Positions 34,140 to 47,359 of a stretch of 64,000 bases of DNA are shown one piece after another. Numbering within the stretch: the stretch's first letter is position 1; each line of letters starts with the position of its first letter. The translations under genes and the position numbers were made by a program. Where the stretch lies: NCBI GenBank assembly GCA_051294905.1, contig CM119371.1:19036001-19100000 (forward strand). The letters are read 5' to 3'. The notes beneath the pieces are model-generated. The model was given only the letters and a program-made list of their open reading frames with translations. It ran no database searches and was not told the origin of the DNA. This stretch comes from Botryllus schlosseri. Taxonomy: Eukaryota.

Positions 34140-36055
34140 GACAGTGGATACAATCTGCACTGTAAAAAATAATCATGGGTGTACCCATAGTCTAGACCTG
34201 GTCCCACCTGAGTCATGTTGACATGGAAAAGGCCCATGATAACTTGTCAACATCCATGTAGACCTGTTGACATCCATGTTCCTACCCATGTCCTAATATT
34301 GCCTCAAATTGACCTTTCACCTCTAGTAATGTACATATACCCTGTGGTTAGATGTATTTATCTGTATTTGACATCTGGAATGTTTGCAAGAAAATCTGTG
34401 AAAAGTTCAATGAACTCGCTGACGCTGGCGCAAACTTGATGTTGAAACGCAATATGTCGCCAATGTATGATGGAAACTCATTATTCCATCGACAGATTCC
34501 CCAACGAAATGGATTGTCCACTTTTTCTGAAGAGTATCGAACTTCATCATCGGGTAGACATTCTTCGGATCCTATAATGAATATAAATGTCATTACCATC
34601 CATGCACTATTCAAGGCACATGGGTTGATAGAATACAGATGAATGGTTTCCAAGGTGGTTTAAAGTTGTATCAATCACAGCCAGTTAAGATGACAAAAAT
34701 CTATTAGCACCTCATTACATTGACCTTGTCTATGAATTGTCTCGGTATGTACAAAATCTACTTTTAACTTGACAATATTATGTATGCACACATGCACAGT
34801 CTTCCATTCCTTTACCTCTGCACTACTATACTATTTGATGCTGCGACCTACGATAATCCAATTATTAATAAATGGATGGATTAATGCACCGATGGGCGGT
34901 AAATCCAGGATTTGAAAACTTGTATTTTGGTGACGGAGTTCAACTTTGGTGATTGTGACCCAGCCAAAGGTTGTTTGTGTCTTTTCTGGGAATTCCGAAA
35001 ACAGAACTACTCGCTTTTTCATATCCGCAAGTAAAACTAAAACTAGGACTAATCAATCATCTTATAAAATTCAAAACTAGAATTGGAACTAAAATTACTC
35101 AATTTTAAAAATCCACAAATATAACTATAACTTACAACTATACCTAGAACTTTTTAAAATTCGATACTAGAACTAGTACTAGCAACCTTTTAAAATCAGG
35201 AGCTTACGAACTAAATCACAACTAAAAATATCAGTGGCTTTTGACTGGTTTTCCCGCGAGGCAATGGCGCACACTAAACTCACATTGTTTGTAGGGCTGG
35301 GCATAATGATTCGAGCACTTGAATCTGAATTGAGTATTATTATTATTATTGTTTTCAATACAACATCCATTGATAGTAAAATATTTATTCAACTCGAAGA
35401 CTTTTCGGGTGCCTCTTTTCAAGAGTTAACGGCACACTGAAGGGATTTAAACAGAATGAAAAGCAAAACCAGAAAGGCGAAGTATGACGCAACAATCAGA
35501 AATTACATACCATGGAGTCCGCAATGTAACAATGGCAACAATAACAAACTTGAAGTGTACGGTACTAGTAACATATCAATTTGAAACTAAACAATAACAA
35601 ACACGAATTAGAACGCATTATAATGGGAAATTTATAAGTTAAACATAAAATCTTTTTGTCCACATAATATAGACTTGGTCAATTGGATGATTGTTGATTC
35701 TAGGGCTTTCAAATGAAACAAGGATCTGATTCGCTCAAAAACTTGCGCAAATGACCGTACGGAGTTCGCACGACAATGTAAATCAGCCGCCAAAACCGAC
35801 TGTTACGACGATTACCAAGCATACGCTTCGGCCAACATTTAAGTGAGAACCCTTCTTGTGCTCAAATTTATAATGACCAAATGTTTACTGTCATTGCGCG
35901 AGGCAGATCCTTGTTTCATTTGAAAGCCCTAGAGAATGAACAATCATCCAATTGACCAAGCCTATTTTATGTAAACAAAAATATTTTCTGTATAACTTAC
36001 AAATTTCCCATTCGCGCGTTCTAATTCGTGTTTGTTATTGTTTAGTTTCAAATTG

Positions 36056-37204
36056 GGTTGCCAGTAAACTCGCCCCAAAGTAAATTCGGCCCGTCGAATT
36101 CGGCCCTCGGTCACTTTGGCCGTCGGTGAATTCGGCCGTCGGTAAATTCGGCCGTCGGTAAATTCGGCCCTCGGTAAATTCGGCCAGGGCCAGAGTAACA
36201 ATAACAGTTACAATACCATTACCTGACCTGAACCCTAACCCTAATCCTAACCTAACTCTAATCCTAACCTAACCCTAATCCTAACCTAACCCTACTCTTA
36301 ACCGAACCCTAATCCTAACCCTAATCCTAACGTAACCCTAATCCTAACCTAACCTAACCCTAATCCTAACCCTAACATAATGCAAACCCTAACGCTAATC
36401 CTAACCCTAAACGTAACCCCTAACCTCCAAATCACTTGATAATATTATAATTATGTAATATAATACACATTATTAGTTATTAGGTTTAGGGTTAGGATTA
36501 GCGTTAGGGTTAGGATTAGGGTTAGGATTAGGATTAGGGTTAGGATTAGGGTTAGGTCAGGTTAGGATCAGGGTTAGGTTAGGATTAAGGTTAGGTTAGG
36601 ATTAGGGTTAGGTTAGGATTAGGGTTAGGGTTAGATTAGGGTTAGGTTAGAATTAGGATTAGTGTTAGGGTTCAGGTTAGATAATATTATAATTATGTAA
36701 TATAATACACATTATTAGTTCGTAATACAATTTCACACAATGTTCTCCGAGGGCCGAATATACCGATTGAATTCGGCTGTCGGTAAATTCGGCCCCGTAA
36801 ACATCGGCATATATATATACATATATATATTTATGCGCATACCCTGTTCCCCAAATCACTTGATAATAATATAATTATGAAATTAATTCACATTAATAGT
36901 TGGTAATACATTTTTATAAAAAATTCTCCGAGGGCAGAATTGACCAAGTAACCAGTGAATTGACCGGTGAATTCGGCCGTCGGTAAATTCGGTCCCCGTG
37001 AATATCCGCGCTATCTCCCGTGATTACGCGATCTACGCATACCCTGACATCCAAATCACTTAATAATAGTATAATTATGTAATTAATTCATGTTAACGGT
37101 TGGTAATACATCTTAATACAATATTCTAGGTGGGCCGAATTTACTGATGTAATGGCCGAATTTGCCTGGGCCGAATTTACTTTGGGGCGAGTTTACTGGC
37201 AACC
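36056..37204. mobile_element. Non-autonomous TIR element with internal tandem and telomere-like repeats
   Basis: 37-bp perfect TIR GGTTGCCAGTAAACTCGCCCCAAAGTAAATTCGGCCC, 8-bp TSD TCAAATTG, 15-bp AAATTCGGCCGTCGG repeats. Confidence 0.92.
36221..36680. repeat. Degenerate telomere-like arrays: (CCCTAA/CCTAA)n 36221-36426, then (TTAGGG/TTAGG)n 36480-36680
   Basis: Seen directly. Confidence 0.9.
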
Positions 37205-39531
37205 TCAAATTGATATGTTTCTAGTACTGTACACTTCAAGTTTGTTATTGTTGCCATTGTTACATTGCAGACTTCATGGTATGTAATTTCTGATTGTTGC
37301 GTCATACTTCGCCTTTCTGGTTTTGCTTTTCATTCTGTTTAAATCCCTTCAGTGTGCCGTTAACTCTTGAAAAGAGGCACCCGAAAAGTCGTCGAGTTGA
37401 ATAAATATTTTACTACAATGGATGTTGTATTGAAAGCTATCTTCAAGTTCTGTACCACGAACCAACTGTTTTTATTATTATTGTAGTATTGTCTAGTAGT
37501 ATTATTGAGCAAACCCGTTTTGGCCATTATCAACAACTCACCTTATCCACAATCAGGAAGCTGCCGAAGCGTTCATTGAAAATGGTGGGGATGCCGGCCA
37601 CCCAGTCCAATTTCTGATTACCTGAATGAGAAGTGAGAGATCAGCTCAAGTGAAACACTCGAGAAAAAAAAACGTTTTAAAAATTAAATAAATGCAGTTA
37701 CAAAAATTAAATGAATGCAGTTAATGTTAGTGTAGTGTGAACTGCAAATATGAGCGTGGCAAAAAATATGCAAATTTTACCATTGCCTTAGGAACCAGAC
37801 AGTTTTTAAAATCGGCAACTTGAAATACCCTATTTCTATAATATCCTACCAAGTAATCAATGACTTTTATGAATCCGCAACTAACGAACTATAATACATC
37901 GAACTCAGCCATGGGCAAAGTGAGCCCCGCTATTTTGAGAAGCACGCGTGGCCATTATTTAAAATTAAAAACATAAAACGTACTTTTGAATATTGCTGCA
38001 TGGAATAAAACCATAAGCTGGATGAGCTGAGCTGGAACGGAAATTGATTTACTTTGAAACCTACTCAATAATATATCGCGATTACATAGCCTACGTCCCT
38101 CCCAAGCTTGTATGCGTAATCCAGATTTAAAATCAAGTCAATGTAGCAAAGTCGTAACAATTAGTCACTCCTTCCATATAGTTTGGTTCAGACCTTCTTT
38201 GTTACCATTATCAGAGCGCGTGTTGACGGAGACCTCATCATACATAAAGGGTGAATGGGCATATCATAAAAAGAATGTCGAAAGCTGAAATGCAAAGAAG
38301 GTATGGAGCACTAAACACAGGGCCGCAACTGCCGCATCCCAGACCCCTCAAAGGGAGAGGGCCCGACCTCGAAGCATCAAAAATTACTTCGTAAATGGAC
38401 ATAAATCCTATAATTTATGAAACTTCATTCAAATTCAAACAAAGATGTTTTGATAATAATATGGGTACCACTCTACCCGCAAAAACAGCCCATTTATAGA
38501 GATCAGCATTTCGGCGTCGGCCGTTAGCGCGTCAGGACACACCACGACGTTGACAATGACGTTTCGGCTAACAATTGACTGTGCGAAGTGTGCTGCAAAA
38601 AAGCTCAACGGCGAGGAAACCTTGACCAAAAGTACCGCCACATGTCGACCGAAACCGATATATATATGTCAATTTCATCAAGTTGCAACTGTTAGGATAT
38701 AGCCTACCTTTTAATGTCTTGATATAAAAGCCTGGATTACAGAGAATTCAAAATGTATCATGTTTAACATTATCTTGAATCACGAGGGAAAATAAATATA
38801 AATTTTCATTTCGTTAATTAACCGTACTTTTCTCAATAGGCTATCTAATATCAACACATCCACGGAGACGTATTTATTAACAATGTAATTCACTGCTTTC
38901 CATTTATAAATTAAATCAATACACTGGAGAATATAGCTAAATATGTAGGCTCGGCAGTCGGTACGCCAACTTATTTTCTATTACTGAAGTGGCCTGCAGA
39001 GAAAAATAATTGCCCACACCTGATCTAACTAAATCTGTGGAATCACTCAGGTAGGCTATTCGATTTTAACCCACCCTCGCGATGACATGTGTTTTTCAGT
39101 TATTGAACACCTACACAACTGCGAAGGTGAAACAAGAATTACTCAGTTCCCGAAACCCGCAACTAAAATTTGAACTAATCATTTTTCACAATCCGCAACT
39201 AGAACTATACTCGACAGATATTGACCGCCAACTAACTAAATTTTCAAAAGTCTCTTACTTACCCATAAATTTTTGTATTTCTATCAGAATTTCTTGCGGT
39301 TGCAGGAGACTGAGTGCAGAGTTCCCAAGTCTTTTCCAAAATCTTCGAGGTCAAGTCAATATCCAAGCAGGCTTGATTCAGGCAACATATTTTCCCTTCT
39401 TCCAAAATCTGAACATTGTGACAGATTTACATCATAGCTAATTAATCAAGTTCGTCTGCAGGAGCCTTTAGTACTATCAGTAGTCTCAATTTAAGCACAA
39501 GTCGGGCTTTTGGTGGAGGATATGTCACAAC

Positions 39532-39703
39532 CAATGTTCCCTCTAAGCTGCTAACGTGCGCAAATGCGCAGTGTTGACACGGTCTCTGCGCACAGAATAT
39601 CTAAGTTGCGCACAAAAATTCCGCAGTAATGACCTTTTTCTAGTCGTTACGCACTGTTGTCCAAGGGTCTGCGCAGACTCGTCAAAAATTAGAGGGAACA
39701 TTG
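39532..39703. mobile_element. hAT-type MITE, 172 bp
   Basis: 15-bp TIR CAATGTTCCCTCTAA; 8-bp TSD GTCACAAC/TTCACAAC (7/8). Confidence 0.85.
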
Positions 39704-41520
39704 TTCACAACTATCGTAAATTATTTCAGCAATATATATATGTAGTTTGTTTTGTACTATCATAGCACTCTGAAAAACGAACTCTTTGTGGGTTTTTTGC
39801 AAAGTAGCGGGTTGACTCGATCATGGCAATGTTGTGTTTGAAACCACTGCGTTAGGCTGTACCTACCAAGGGAGCATGGGTAAAAACTGGGTATATCTTC
39901 AATTCCATTTACGACACTGTCGCGGCGTGATTTAAAAGTTCTTCTCATTCTATCTTGCAGCATCTCTTCATCTGGCACCCTCTCTGACTTATTCCCTTTT
40001 GATGCTCGTCGACGCTAAGTTCGTCTTCGGAAGGGTAGATGTGTTGACTTTGCAAACAGCTTTCTCTGCACAAGTATAGAAGAGTCACGATAATACTTGG
40101 CTTAGCCATGGAAATATCTCTTCAGCGCAAAAAATAGCAACGTGCTTGTAAGAAATGGATTGCAAGGTTGAAATTAAAGGGGCACCACTCTAAATCTGAT
40201 GTGGTTGTGGCCTCTCAAGAAATAATCTATAAAAAACTCCAATTATGATAAATCCAATTACCATTAATATAATTATTTACTGCATTTTGATTTAATACAG
40301 TGTTCAGTATAACAAGTAGATCTAATTTCTTTTTTTATCTGGACCATACAGTGAAAATGTGACGTTTGTCAAAATAACCCCATGGGACATCACCAAAACC
40401 AGAGACAATTTGAAAAAACCAAGGTCATATTTGGAATAAGTTTCCTTCGGAAACCCGAAACAACTCTTCCAATATGCGTTCAGAGTGTAATCCTAGTATA
40501 GTTGCCTACCAATTTATTTGGGGTAATAATTACTCACTTTCATCGTCTGTCAAGGTTAGTCCTTTATCTTGAATTGCCGAGAGATCATTCGAGGCAAATG
40601 CCTCGTCGGAATATAGAAGTTGAATATACTGTCCCCGACATTACTCCGAAATACAGTTCTCACAGTTTCAGCTATCTCAGATCTGTGATCCACTGTAATC
40701 ACTTGTTCATGATCTCCGGCAGCCTCATTTTCAATGTGACAAATATCTCAGGAGTAATATTACTAACAACTGCAGTATGTATATCTGTAAAATACAAATT
40801 TACATCAGTTCCTTATGTTTCTAGGGTTTTCAAATCTTGAATCAAAGGATCGAGTATAGCATGACATCCCATATTTTTTAAAGCTGAAGTTTTTTCAATC
40901 ACCTCAGGATGAATATTCCTCCAGTTGGATAAATACTTCACTTGAACATTGCCCAGTACGGTACAAAATAAAAGCAAGGGAGCTCGTGTAACGTCTCGAA
41001 CTAGGCCTACTAGCGCTTTACCAACTTCCATATGATCTACAACTACATACAAATGGATACGCAGTAAACTTTGATCACTATGTGCAGCCGCTCGGCAGTA
41101 TATACCGCTATATACCGGTATCTGATTGAATACGGCTAAGTTGCTAAAGGTTCGACTATACGTCTATACCCAGTGACGCATTGCAGATTCGGCGGATATA
41201 TTACAACGAAGGCAGTCACAATAAATATATCAATACTTACCATCCAATCCACGGCTTAATACAGCAACAAGCAATAAACTTTGCAACTTTGACTAAGCCA
41301 ACCCAAGAAATGACCAACTCTATCAAACTTACTCTTTATGCCAATCCTTTTGAATCGAACGCTACACCGTACGCATGACTGGTCTTGTAACCAGATAATC
41401 CGGAGTCATTATGGCTCCGTAACCGAACGCCTATGTTTGCGTGCGATGATGTAGCTATTTGTGTGTTGCAATATATCCTGTGAGGATGTAACGATATTTA
41501 CTTGTCACTCAGCTGTAATA

Positions 41521-41655
41521 GCGATATAGTGAAATGGTAAAGCGTCCTGCTTCTTGATCGGTAGGTCATATTATCAATTCTCGGCCATGTCAGACCGAAG
41601 ACTAAAAAAATGGTATCCGTGGCTATCTGGCTCAACGTTCAGCATTCAGGGATAG
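41521..41655 (+). mobile_element. Degenerate tRNA-derived SINE fragment
   Basis: A-box-like TAGTGAAATGG, decayed B box, then CCGAAGACTAAAAAAATGGTA..CTCAACGTTCAGCATT resembling, from memory, the Meta-type SINE core. Confidence 0.5.
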
Positions 41656-41715
41656 CATGGTTATCGCATCTCAATCGTCAAAGCATCTCAATGGTGCAAA
41701 CGAGAATAACTCTGA

Positions 41716-42100
41716 TATCTCTCCCCCCTATCTCTCTCCTCCCCTTTTTCTCCCTCATCTCTCTCTCTCTCTCTCTCTCTTGCTCTCCTTTCTCTATGCT
41801 CCCTTTCCCTTCTTTCTCCCTCTCTTCTTTCTGCTTTATTCTCTATATCTCCCCCCTCTCTCTCTCCCCTATCTCTCTCCTCCCCTCCCCCTTCCCCTCT
41901 CTATCTCCTTTCTCTATGCTCTCTTTCCCTTCTTTCTCCCCCTATCTTCTTTCTGCTCTATTCTCTATCTCTCCCTCCTCCTCTCTCTCCTCACCCTCCT
42001 CTCTCTCTCTCCCTCCCCATCCGCTCTCTCTCCCTCCCCCCTCCTCTCTCTCTCTCTCTCCCTTTCTCTCAGTGACGATGATGATGATAATTATGATGAT
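41716..42100. repeat. CT-rich polypyrimidine tract followed by a short (GAT)n
   Basis: Seen directly. Confidence 0.95.
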
Positions 42101-42703
42101 ATCACTGAAGCTCAACGTGATTATCTTACTCGATAACCATGGACATGGATGCCTTTATCATGTCTAACATGGAAGTTTTTGTCATGTCAACATGAGATTT
42201 TAAAGTCATGTCGGTGTTTTCATGGAATTAACATGACTCAGAGCAAGTCATGTCATTTCCATGACAAAAACCCATGTTTTTTTTTACAGTGTGTGCCGTT
42301 TTACGTGACATTTTTCGTTCATCTCAGGCGAAAAGTCGCCACGCTGCCAACGATGAGACACCTGAAAAGCAGATTGTCTGATTGCGCCAAGGCACTTTCG
42401 GCCCAATAACTGGAAAGAAAAGTCTGCTAGCGGTCGAATATCATTGGCGTCCTGCTCTGTTCTTGTATCTGGTCAACAAACACACAAGTAAGCTCTCGCT
42501 GTCAGAGTAGTTATTTTATTGCACTTTTCGTCATGTGAAAACAGCACGAGATTTCGATATAATGACAATGTGTTAGGCCTAGTATAACTACAAATTGAAA
42601 TAAGCGGCGGCCAGCAAATGATTACATTCATAGTTGTACGTAGGCCTACGTGCGCACACAAAACAGTTGCAAGCAAATTGATCGTGTTTGCGCGACAAAA
42701 ATA

Positions 42704-42821
42704 GCCTTCTACACCCGGTATTCCCAGCCGGTCACCCATGCAAGTACTAACCGGGCCCAACGTTGCTTGACTTCCGAGATCGGACGAGATCGGGTATATT
42801 CAACGTGGTATGGTCGTAGGC
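42704..42821 (-). rRNA. RNA5S: 5S rRNA type B
   Basis: Array copy. Confidence 0.9.
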
Positions 42822-43179
42822 AAGTGTGGTTACCAATTCTGACGTTTTATGTTGACAATTTCCGTCGCCATGCTGTCGACGAGACGCCAGAAAAGCAGAT
42901 TGTCTGATTGCGCTGGGGCATTTTCAACCCGTCTGCCAGCGTTCGAATATCGTTGGCATCCTGCTCTGTTCTTGTATCTTGTGGACAAACACACAATTAA
43001 GCTCTCGCTGTCAGAGTAGTTATTTTATTGTACTTTCTGTCATGTCAAAACAGTACGAGAGTTTGATATAATGAAAATGTGTTAGGCCGATTACAATTCC
43101 AAATTTCGCGCGATAGTTCATTTGAAAATAAAGCACAGCAATCGAATTGATCGAGTTTGTGCGGAAAAAAAATGCAAAA

Positions 43180-43298
43180 GCCTACATGCACCCGGTATTC
43201 CCTGCCGGTCACCCATGCAAGTACTAACTGAGCCCAACGCCGCTTAACTTCCGAGATCAGACGAGATCGGGTGTATTCAACGTGGTATGGTCGTAGGC
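43180..43298 (-). rRNA. RNA5S: 5S rRNA type A
   Basis: Array copy. Confidence 0.9.
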
Positions 43299-43726
43299 GT
43301 CAGTGGATACAATCTGTGCCGTTTTACGTGACATTTTTCGTTCATCTCAGGCGAAAAGTCGCCACGCTGCCAACGATGAGACGCCTGAAAAGCAGATTGT
43401 CTGATTGCGCCAAGGCACTTTCGGCCCAATAACTGGAAAGAAAAGTCTGCTAGCGGTCGAATATCATTGGCGTCCTGCTCTGTTCTTGTATCTGGTCAAC
43501 AAACACACAAGTAAGCTCTCGCTGTCAGAGTAGTTATTTTATTGCACTTTTCGTCATGTGAAAACAGCACGAGATTTCGATATAATGACAATGTGTTAGG
43601 CCTAGTATAACTACAAATTGAAATAAGCGGCGGCCAGCAAATGATGACATTCATAGTTGTACGTAGGCCTACGTGCGCATACAAAACAGTTGCAAGCAAA
43701 TTGATCGTGTTTGCGCGACAAAAATA

Positions 43727-43844
43727 GCCTTCTACACCCGGTATTCCCAGCCGGTCACCCATGCAAGTACTAACCGGGCCCAACGTTGCTTGACTTCCGA
43801 GATCGGACGAGATCGGGTATATTCAACGTGGTATGGTCGTAGGC
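43727..43844 (-). rRNA. RNA5S: 5S rRNA type B
   Basis: Array copy. Confidence 0.9.
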
Positions 43845-44201
43845 AAGTGTGGTAACCAATTCTGACGTTTTATGTTGACAATTTCCGTCGCCATGCTGTC
43901 GACGAGACGCCAGAAAAGCAGATTGTCTGATTGCGCTGGGGCATTTTCAACCCGTCTGCCAGCGTTCGAATATCGTTGGCATCCTGCTCTGTTCTTGTAT
44001 CTTGTGGACAAACACACAATTAAGATCTCGCTGTCAGAGTAGGTATTTTATTGTACTTTCTGTCATGTCAAAACAGTACGAGAGTTTGATATAATGAAAA
44101 TGTGTTAGGCCGATTACAATTCCAAATTTCGCGCGATAGTTCATTTGAAAATAAAGCACAGCAATCGAATTGATCGAGTTTGTGCGGAAAAAAATGCAAA
44201 A

Positions 44202-44320
44202 GCCTACATGCACCCGGTATTCCCAGCCGGTCACCCATGCAAGTACTAACTGAGCCCAACGCCGCTTAACTTCCGAGATCAGACGAGATCGGGTGTATTC
44301 AACGTGGTATGGTCGTAGGC
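44202..44320 (-). rRNA. RNA5S: 5S rRNA type A
   Basis: Array copy. Confidence 0.9.
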
Positions 44321-44748
44321 GACAGTGGATACAATCTGTGCCGTTTTACGTGACATTTTTCGTTCATCTCAGGCGAAAAGTCGCCACGCTGCCAACGATG
44401 AGACGCCTGAAAAGCAGATTGTCTGATTGCGCCAAGGCACTTTCGGCCCAATAACTGGAAAGAAAAGTCTGCTAGCGGTCGAATATCATTGGCGTCCTGC
44501 TCTGTTCTTGTATCTGGTCAACAAACACACAAGTAAGCTCTCGCTGTCAGAGTAGTTATTTTATTGCACTTTTCGTCATGTGAAAACAGCACGAGATTTC
44601 GATATAATGACAATGTGTTAGGCCTAGTATAACTACAAATTGAAATAAGCGGCGGCCAGCAAATGATGACATTCATAGTTGTACGTAGGCCTACGTGCGC
44701 ATACAAAACAGTTGCAAGCAAATTGATCGTGTTTGCGCGACAAAAATA

Positions 44749-44866
44749 GCCTTCTACACCCGGTATTCCCAGCCGGTCACCCATGCAAGTACTAACCGGG
44801 CCCAACGTTGCTTGACTTCCGAGATCGGACGAGATCGGGTATATTCAACGTGGTATGGTCGTAGGC
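44749..44866 (-). rRNA. RNA5S: 5S rRNA type B
   Basis: Array copy. Confidence 0.9.
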
Positions 44867-45224
44867 AAGTGTGGTAACCAATTCTGACGTTTTATGTTGA
44901 CAATTTCCGTCGCCATGCTGTCGACGAGACGCCAGAAAAGCAGATTGTCTGATTGCGCTGGGGCATTTTCAACCCGTCTGCCAGCGTTCGAATATCGTTG
45001 GCTTCCTGCTCTGTTCTTGTATCTTGTGGACAAACACACAATTAAGCTCTCGCTGTAAGAGTAGTTATTTTATTGTACTTTCTGTCATGTCAAAACAGTA
45101 CGAGAGTTTGATATAATGAAAATGTGTTAGGCCGATTACAATTCCAAATTTCGCGCGATAGTTCATTTGAAAATAAAGCACAGCAATCGAATTGATCGAG
45201 TTTGTGCGGAAAAAAAATGCAAAA

Positions 45225-45335
45225 GCCTACATGCACCCGGTATTCCCAGCCGTGCAAGTACTAACTGAGCCCAACGCCGCTTAACTTCCGAGATCAGACG
45301 AGATCGGGTGTATTCAACGTGGTATGGTCGTAGGC
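45225..45335 (-). pseudogene. RNA5S: 5S type A with 8-bp box C deletion
   Basis: CAGCCG^TGCAAG lacks GTCACCCA. Confidence 0.85.
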
Positions 45336-45768
45336 GACAGTGGATACAATCTGTGCCGTTTTACGTGACATTTTTCGTTCATCTCAGGCGAAAAGTCGCC
45401 ACGCTGCCAACGATGAGACGCCTGAAAAGCAGATTGTCTGATTGCGCCAAGGCACTTTCGGCCCAATAACTGGAAAGAAAAGTCTGCTAGCGGTCGAATA
45501 TCATTGGCGTCCTGCTCTGTTCTTGTATCTGGTCAACAAACACACAAGTAAGCTCTCGCTGTCAGAGTAGTTATTTTATTGCACTTTTCGTCATGTGAAA
45601 ACAGCACGAGATTTCGATATAATGACAATGTGTTAGGCCTAGTATAACTACAAATTGAAATAAGCGGCGGCCAGCAAATGATGACATTTATAGTTGTACG
45701 TAGGCCTACGTGCGCATACAAAACAGTTGCAATCTAATTGATCGAGTTTGTGCGACAAAAATGCAAAA

Positions 45769-45889
45769 GCCGTCTACTACACACGGTATTCCCAGCCGGT
45801 CACCCATGCAAGTACTAACCGGGCCCAACGTTTCTTGACTTACGAGATCGGACGAGATCGGGTATATTCAACGTGGTATGGTCGTAGGC
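45769..45889 (-). rRNA. RNA5S: 5S rRNA type C
   Basis: Array copy. Confidence 0.85.
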
Positions 45890-46234
45890 AAGTGTGGTTA
45901 CCAATTCTGACGTTTTATGTGACAATTTCCGTCGACAGCCGCCAGAAAAGCAGATTGTCTGATTGCGCTGGGGCATTTTCAACCCGTCTGCCAGCGTTCG
46001 AATATCGTTGGCATCCTGCTCTGTTCTTGTATCTTGTGGACAAACACACAATTAAGCTCTCGCTGTCAGAGTAGTTATTTTATTGTACTTTCTGTCATGT
46101 CAAAACAGTACGAGAGTTTGATATAATGAAAATGCGTTAGGCCGATTACAATTCCAAATTTCGCGCGATAGTTCATTTGAAAATAAAGCACAGCAATCGA
46201 ATTGATCGAGTTTGTGCGGAAAAAAAATGCAAAA

Positions 46235-46345
46235 GCCTACATGCACCCGGTATTCCCAGCCGTGCAAGTACTAACTGAGCCCAACGCCGCTTAACTTCCG
46301 AGATCAGACGAGATCGGGTGTATTCAACGTGGTATGGTCGTAGGC
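46235..46345 (-). pseudogene. RNA5S: 5S type A with 8-bp box C deletion
   Basis: Same deletion. Confidence 0.85.
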
Positions 46346-46773
46346 GACAGTGGATACAATCTGTGCCGTTTTACGTGACATTTTTCGTTCATCTCAGGCG
46401 AAAAGTCGCCACGCTGCCAACGATGAGACGCCTGAAAAGCAGATTGTCTGATTGCGCCAAGGCACTTTCGGCCCAATAACTGGAAAGAAAAGTCTGCTAG
46501 CGGTCGAATATCATTGGCGTCCTGCTCTGTTCTTGTATCTGGTCAACAAACACACAAGTAAGCTCTCGCTGTCAGAGTAGTTATTTTATTGCACTTTTCG
46601 TCATGTGAAAACAGCACGAGATTTCGATATAATGACAATGTGTTAGGCCTAGTATAACTACAAATTGAAATAAGCGGCGGCCAGCAAATGATGACATTCA
46701 TAGTTGTACGTAGGCCTACGTGCGCATAAAAAACAGTTGCAAGCAAATTGATCGTGTTTGCGCGACAAAAATA

Positions 46774-46891
46774 GCCTTCTACACCCGGTATTCCCAGCCG
46801 GTCACCCATGCAAGTACTAACCGGGCCCAACGTTGCTTGACTTCCGAGATCGGACGAGATCGGGTATATTCAACGTGGTATGGTCGTAGGC
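46774..46891 (-). rRNA. RNA5S: 5S rRNA type B
   Basis: Array copy. Confidence 0.9.
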
Positions 46892-47248
46892 AAGTGTGGT
46901 AACCAATTCTGACGTTTTATGTTGACAATTTCCGTCGCCATGCTGTCGACGAGACGCCAGAAAAGCAGATTGTCTGATTGCGCTGGGGCATTTTCAACCC
47001 GTCTGCCAGCGTTCGAATATCGTTGGCATCCTGCTCTGTTCTTGTATCTTGTGGACAAACACACAATTAAGCTCTCGCTGTCAGAGTAGTTATTTTATTG
47101 TACTTTCTGTCATGTCAAAACAGTACGAGAGTTTGATATAATGAAAATGTGTTAGGCCGATTACAATTCCAAATTTCGCGCGATAGTTCATTTGAAAATA
47201 AAGCACAGCAATCGAATTGATCGAGTTTGTGCGGAAAAAAATGCAAAA

Positions 47249-47359
47249 GCCTACATGCACCCGGTATTCCCAGCCGTGCAAGTACTAACTGAGCCCAACG
47301 CCGCTTAACTTCCGAGATCAGACGAGATCGGGTGTATTCAACGTGGTATGGTCGTAGGC
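47249..47359 (-). pseudogene. RNA5S: 5S type A with 8-bp box C deletion
   Basis: Same deletion. Confidence 0.85.

Larger units (their letters stand above)
18585..34157 (-). repeat. 5S rDNA array segment 2 (31 genes, 1023-bp dimer of 546 + 477 bp)
   Basis: Near-identical tandem units; period read from the recurring sequence and ORF-track spacing. Confidence 0.97.
35353..37435. mobile_element. Foldback element with ~390-bp inverted arms
   Basis: 35353-35738 is the reverse complement of 35893-36055 joined to 37213-37435; TSD not identified. Confidence 0.8.
34348..39978 (-). pseudogene. Degenerate multi-exon accessory gene of the EnSpm-like element (SAMD3-like)
   Basis: Fragments in consistent order and strand: MRRTFKSRRDSV..IPSFYP (39760-39978), splice-bounded LDWVAGIPTIFNERF (~37542-37621), frameshifted LATYCV/FNIKF..LNFSQIF (~34390-34465). 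Family resemblance from memory only. Confidence 0.4.
34158..42291. mobile_element. 8.1-kb CMC/EnSpm (CACTA-like) element, probably non-autonomous
   Basis: TIRs CACTGTAAAAAA(TAAT/AAA)CATGGGT, 2-bp TSD TG confirmed against the empty site CAATC-TG-TGCCG, CATG-rich subterminal repeats at both ends. Confidence 0.9.

Noticed and set aside
36221..36680. Ancient telomere-telomere fusion site
   Set aside because: Orientation is CCCTAA then TTAGGG, the opposite of a fusion, and the tracts lie inside a TSD-flanked element.
41610..42167. 185-aa and 159-aa Leu/Ser/Pro-rich ORFs
   Set aside because: Artefacts of the stop-free CT tract.
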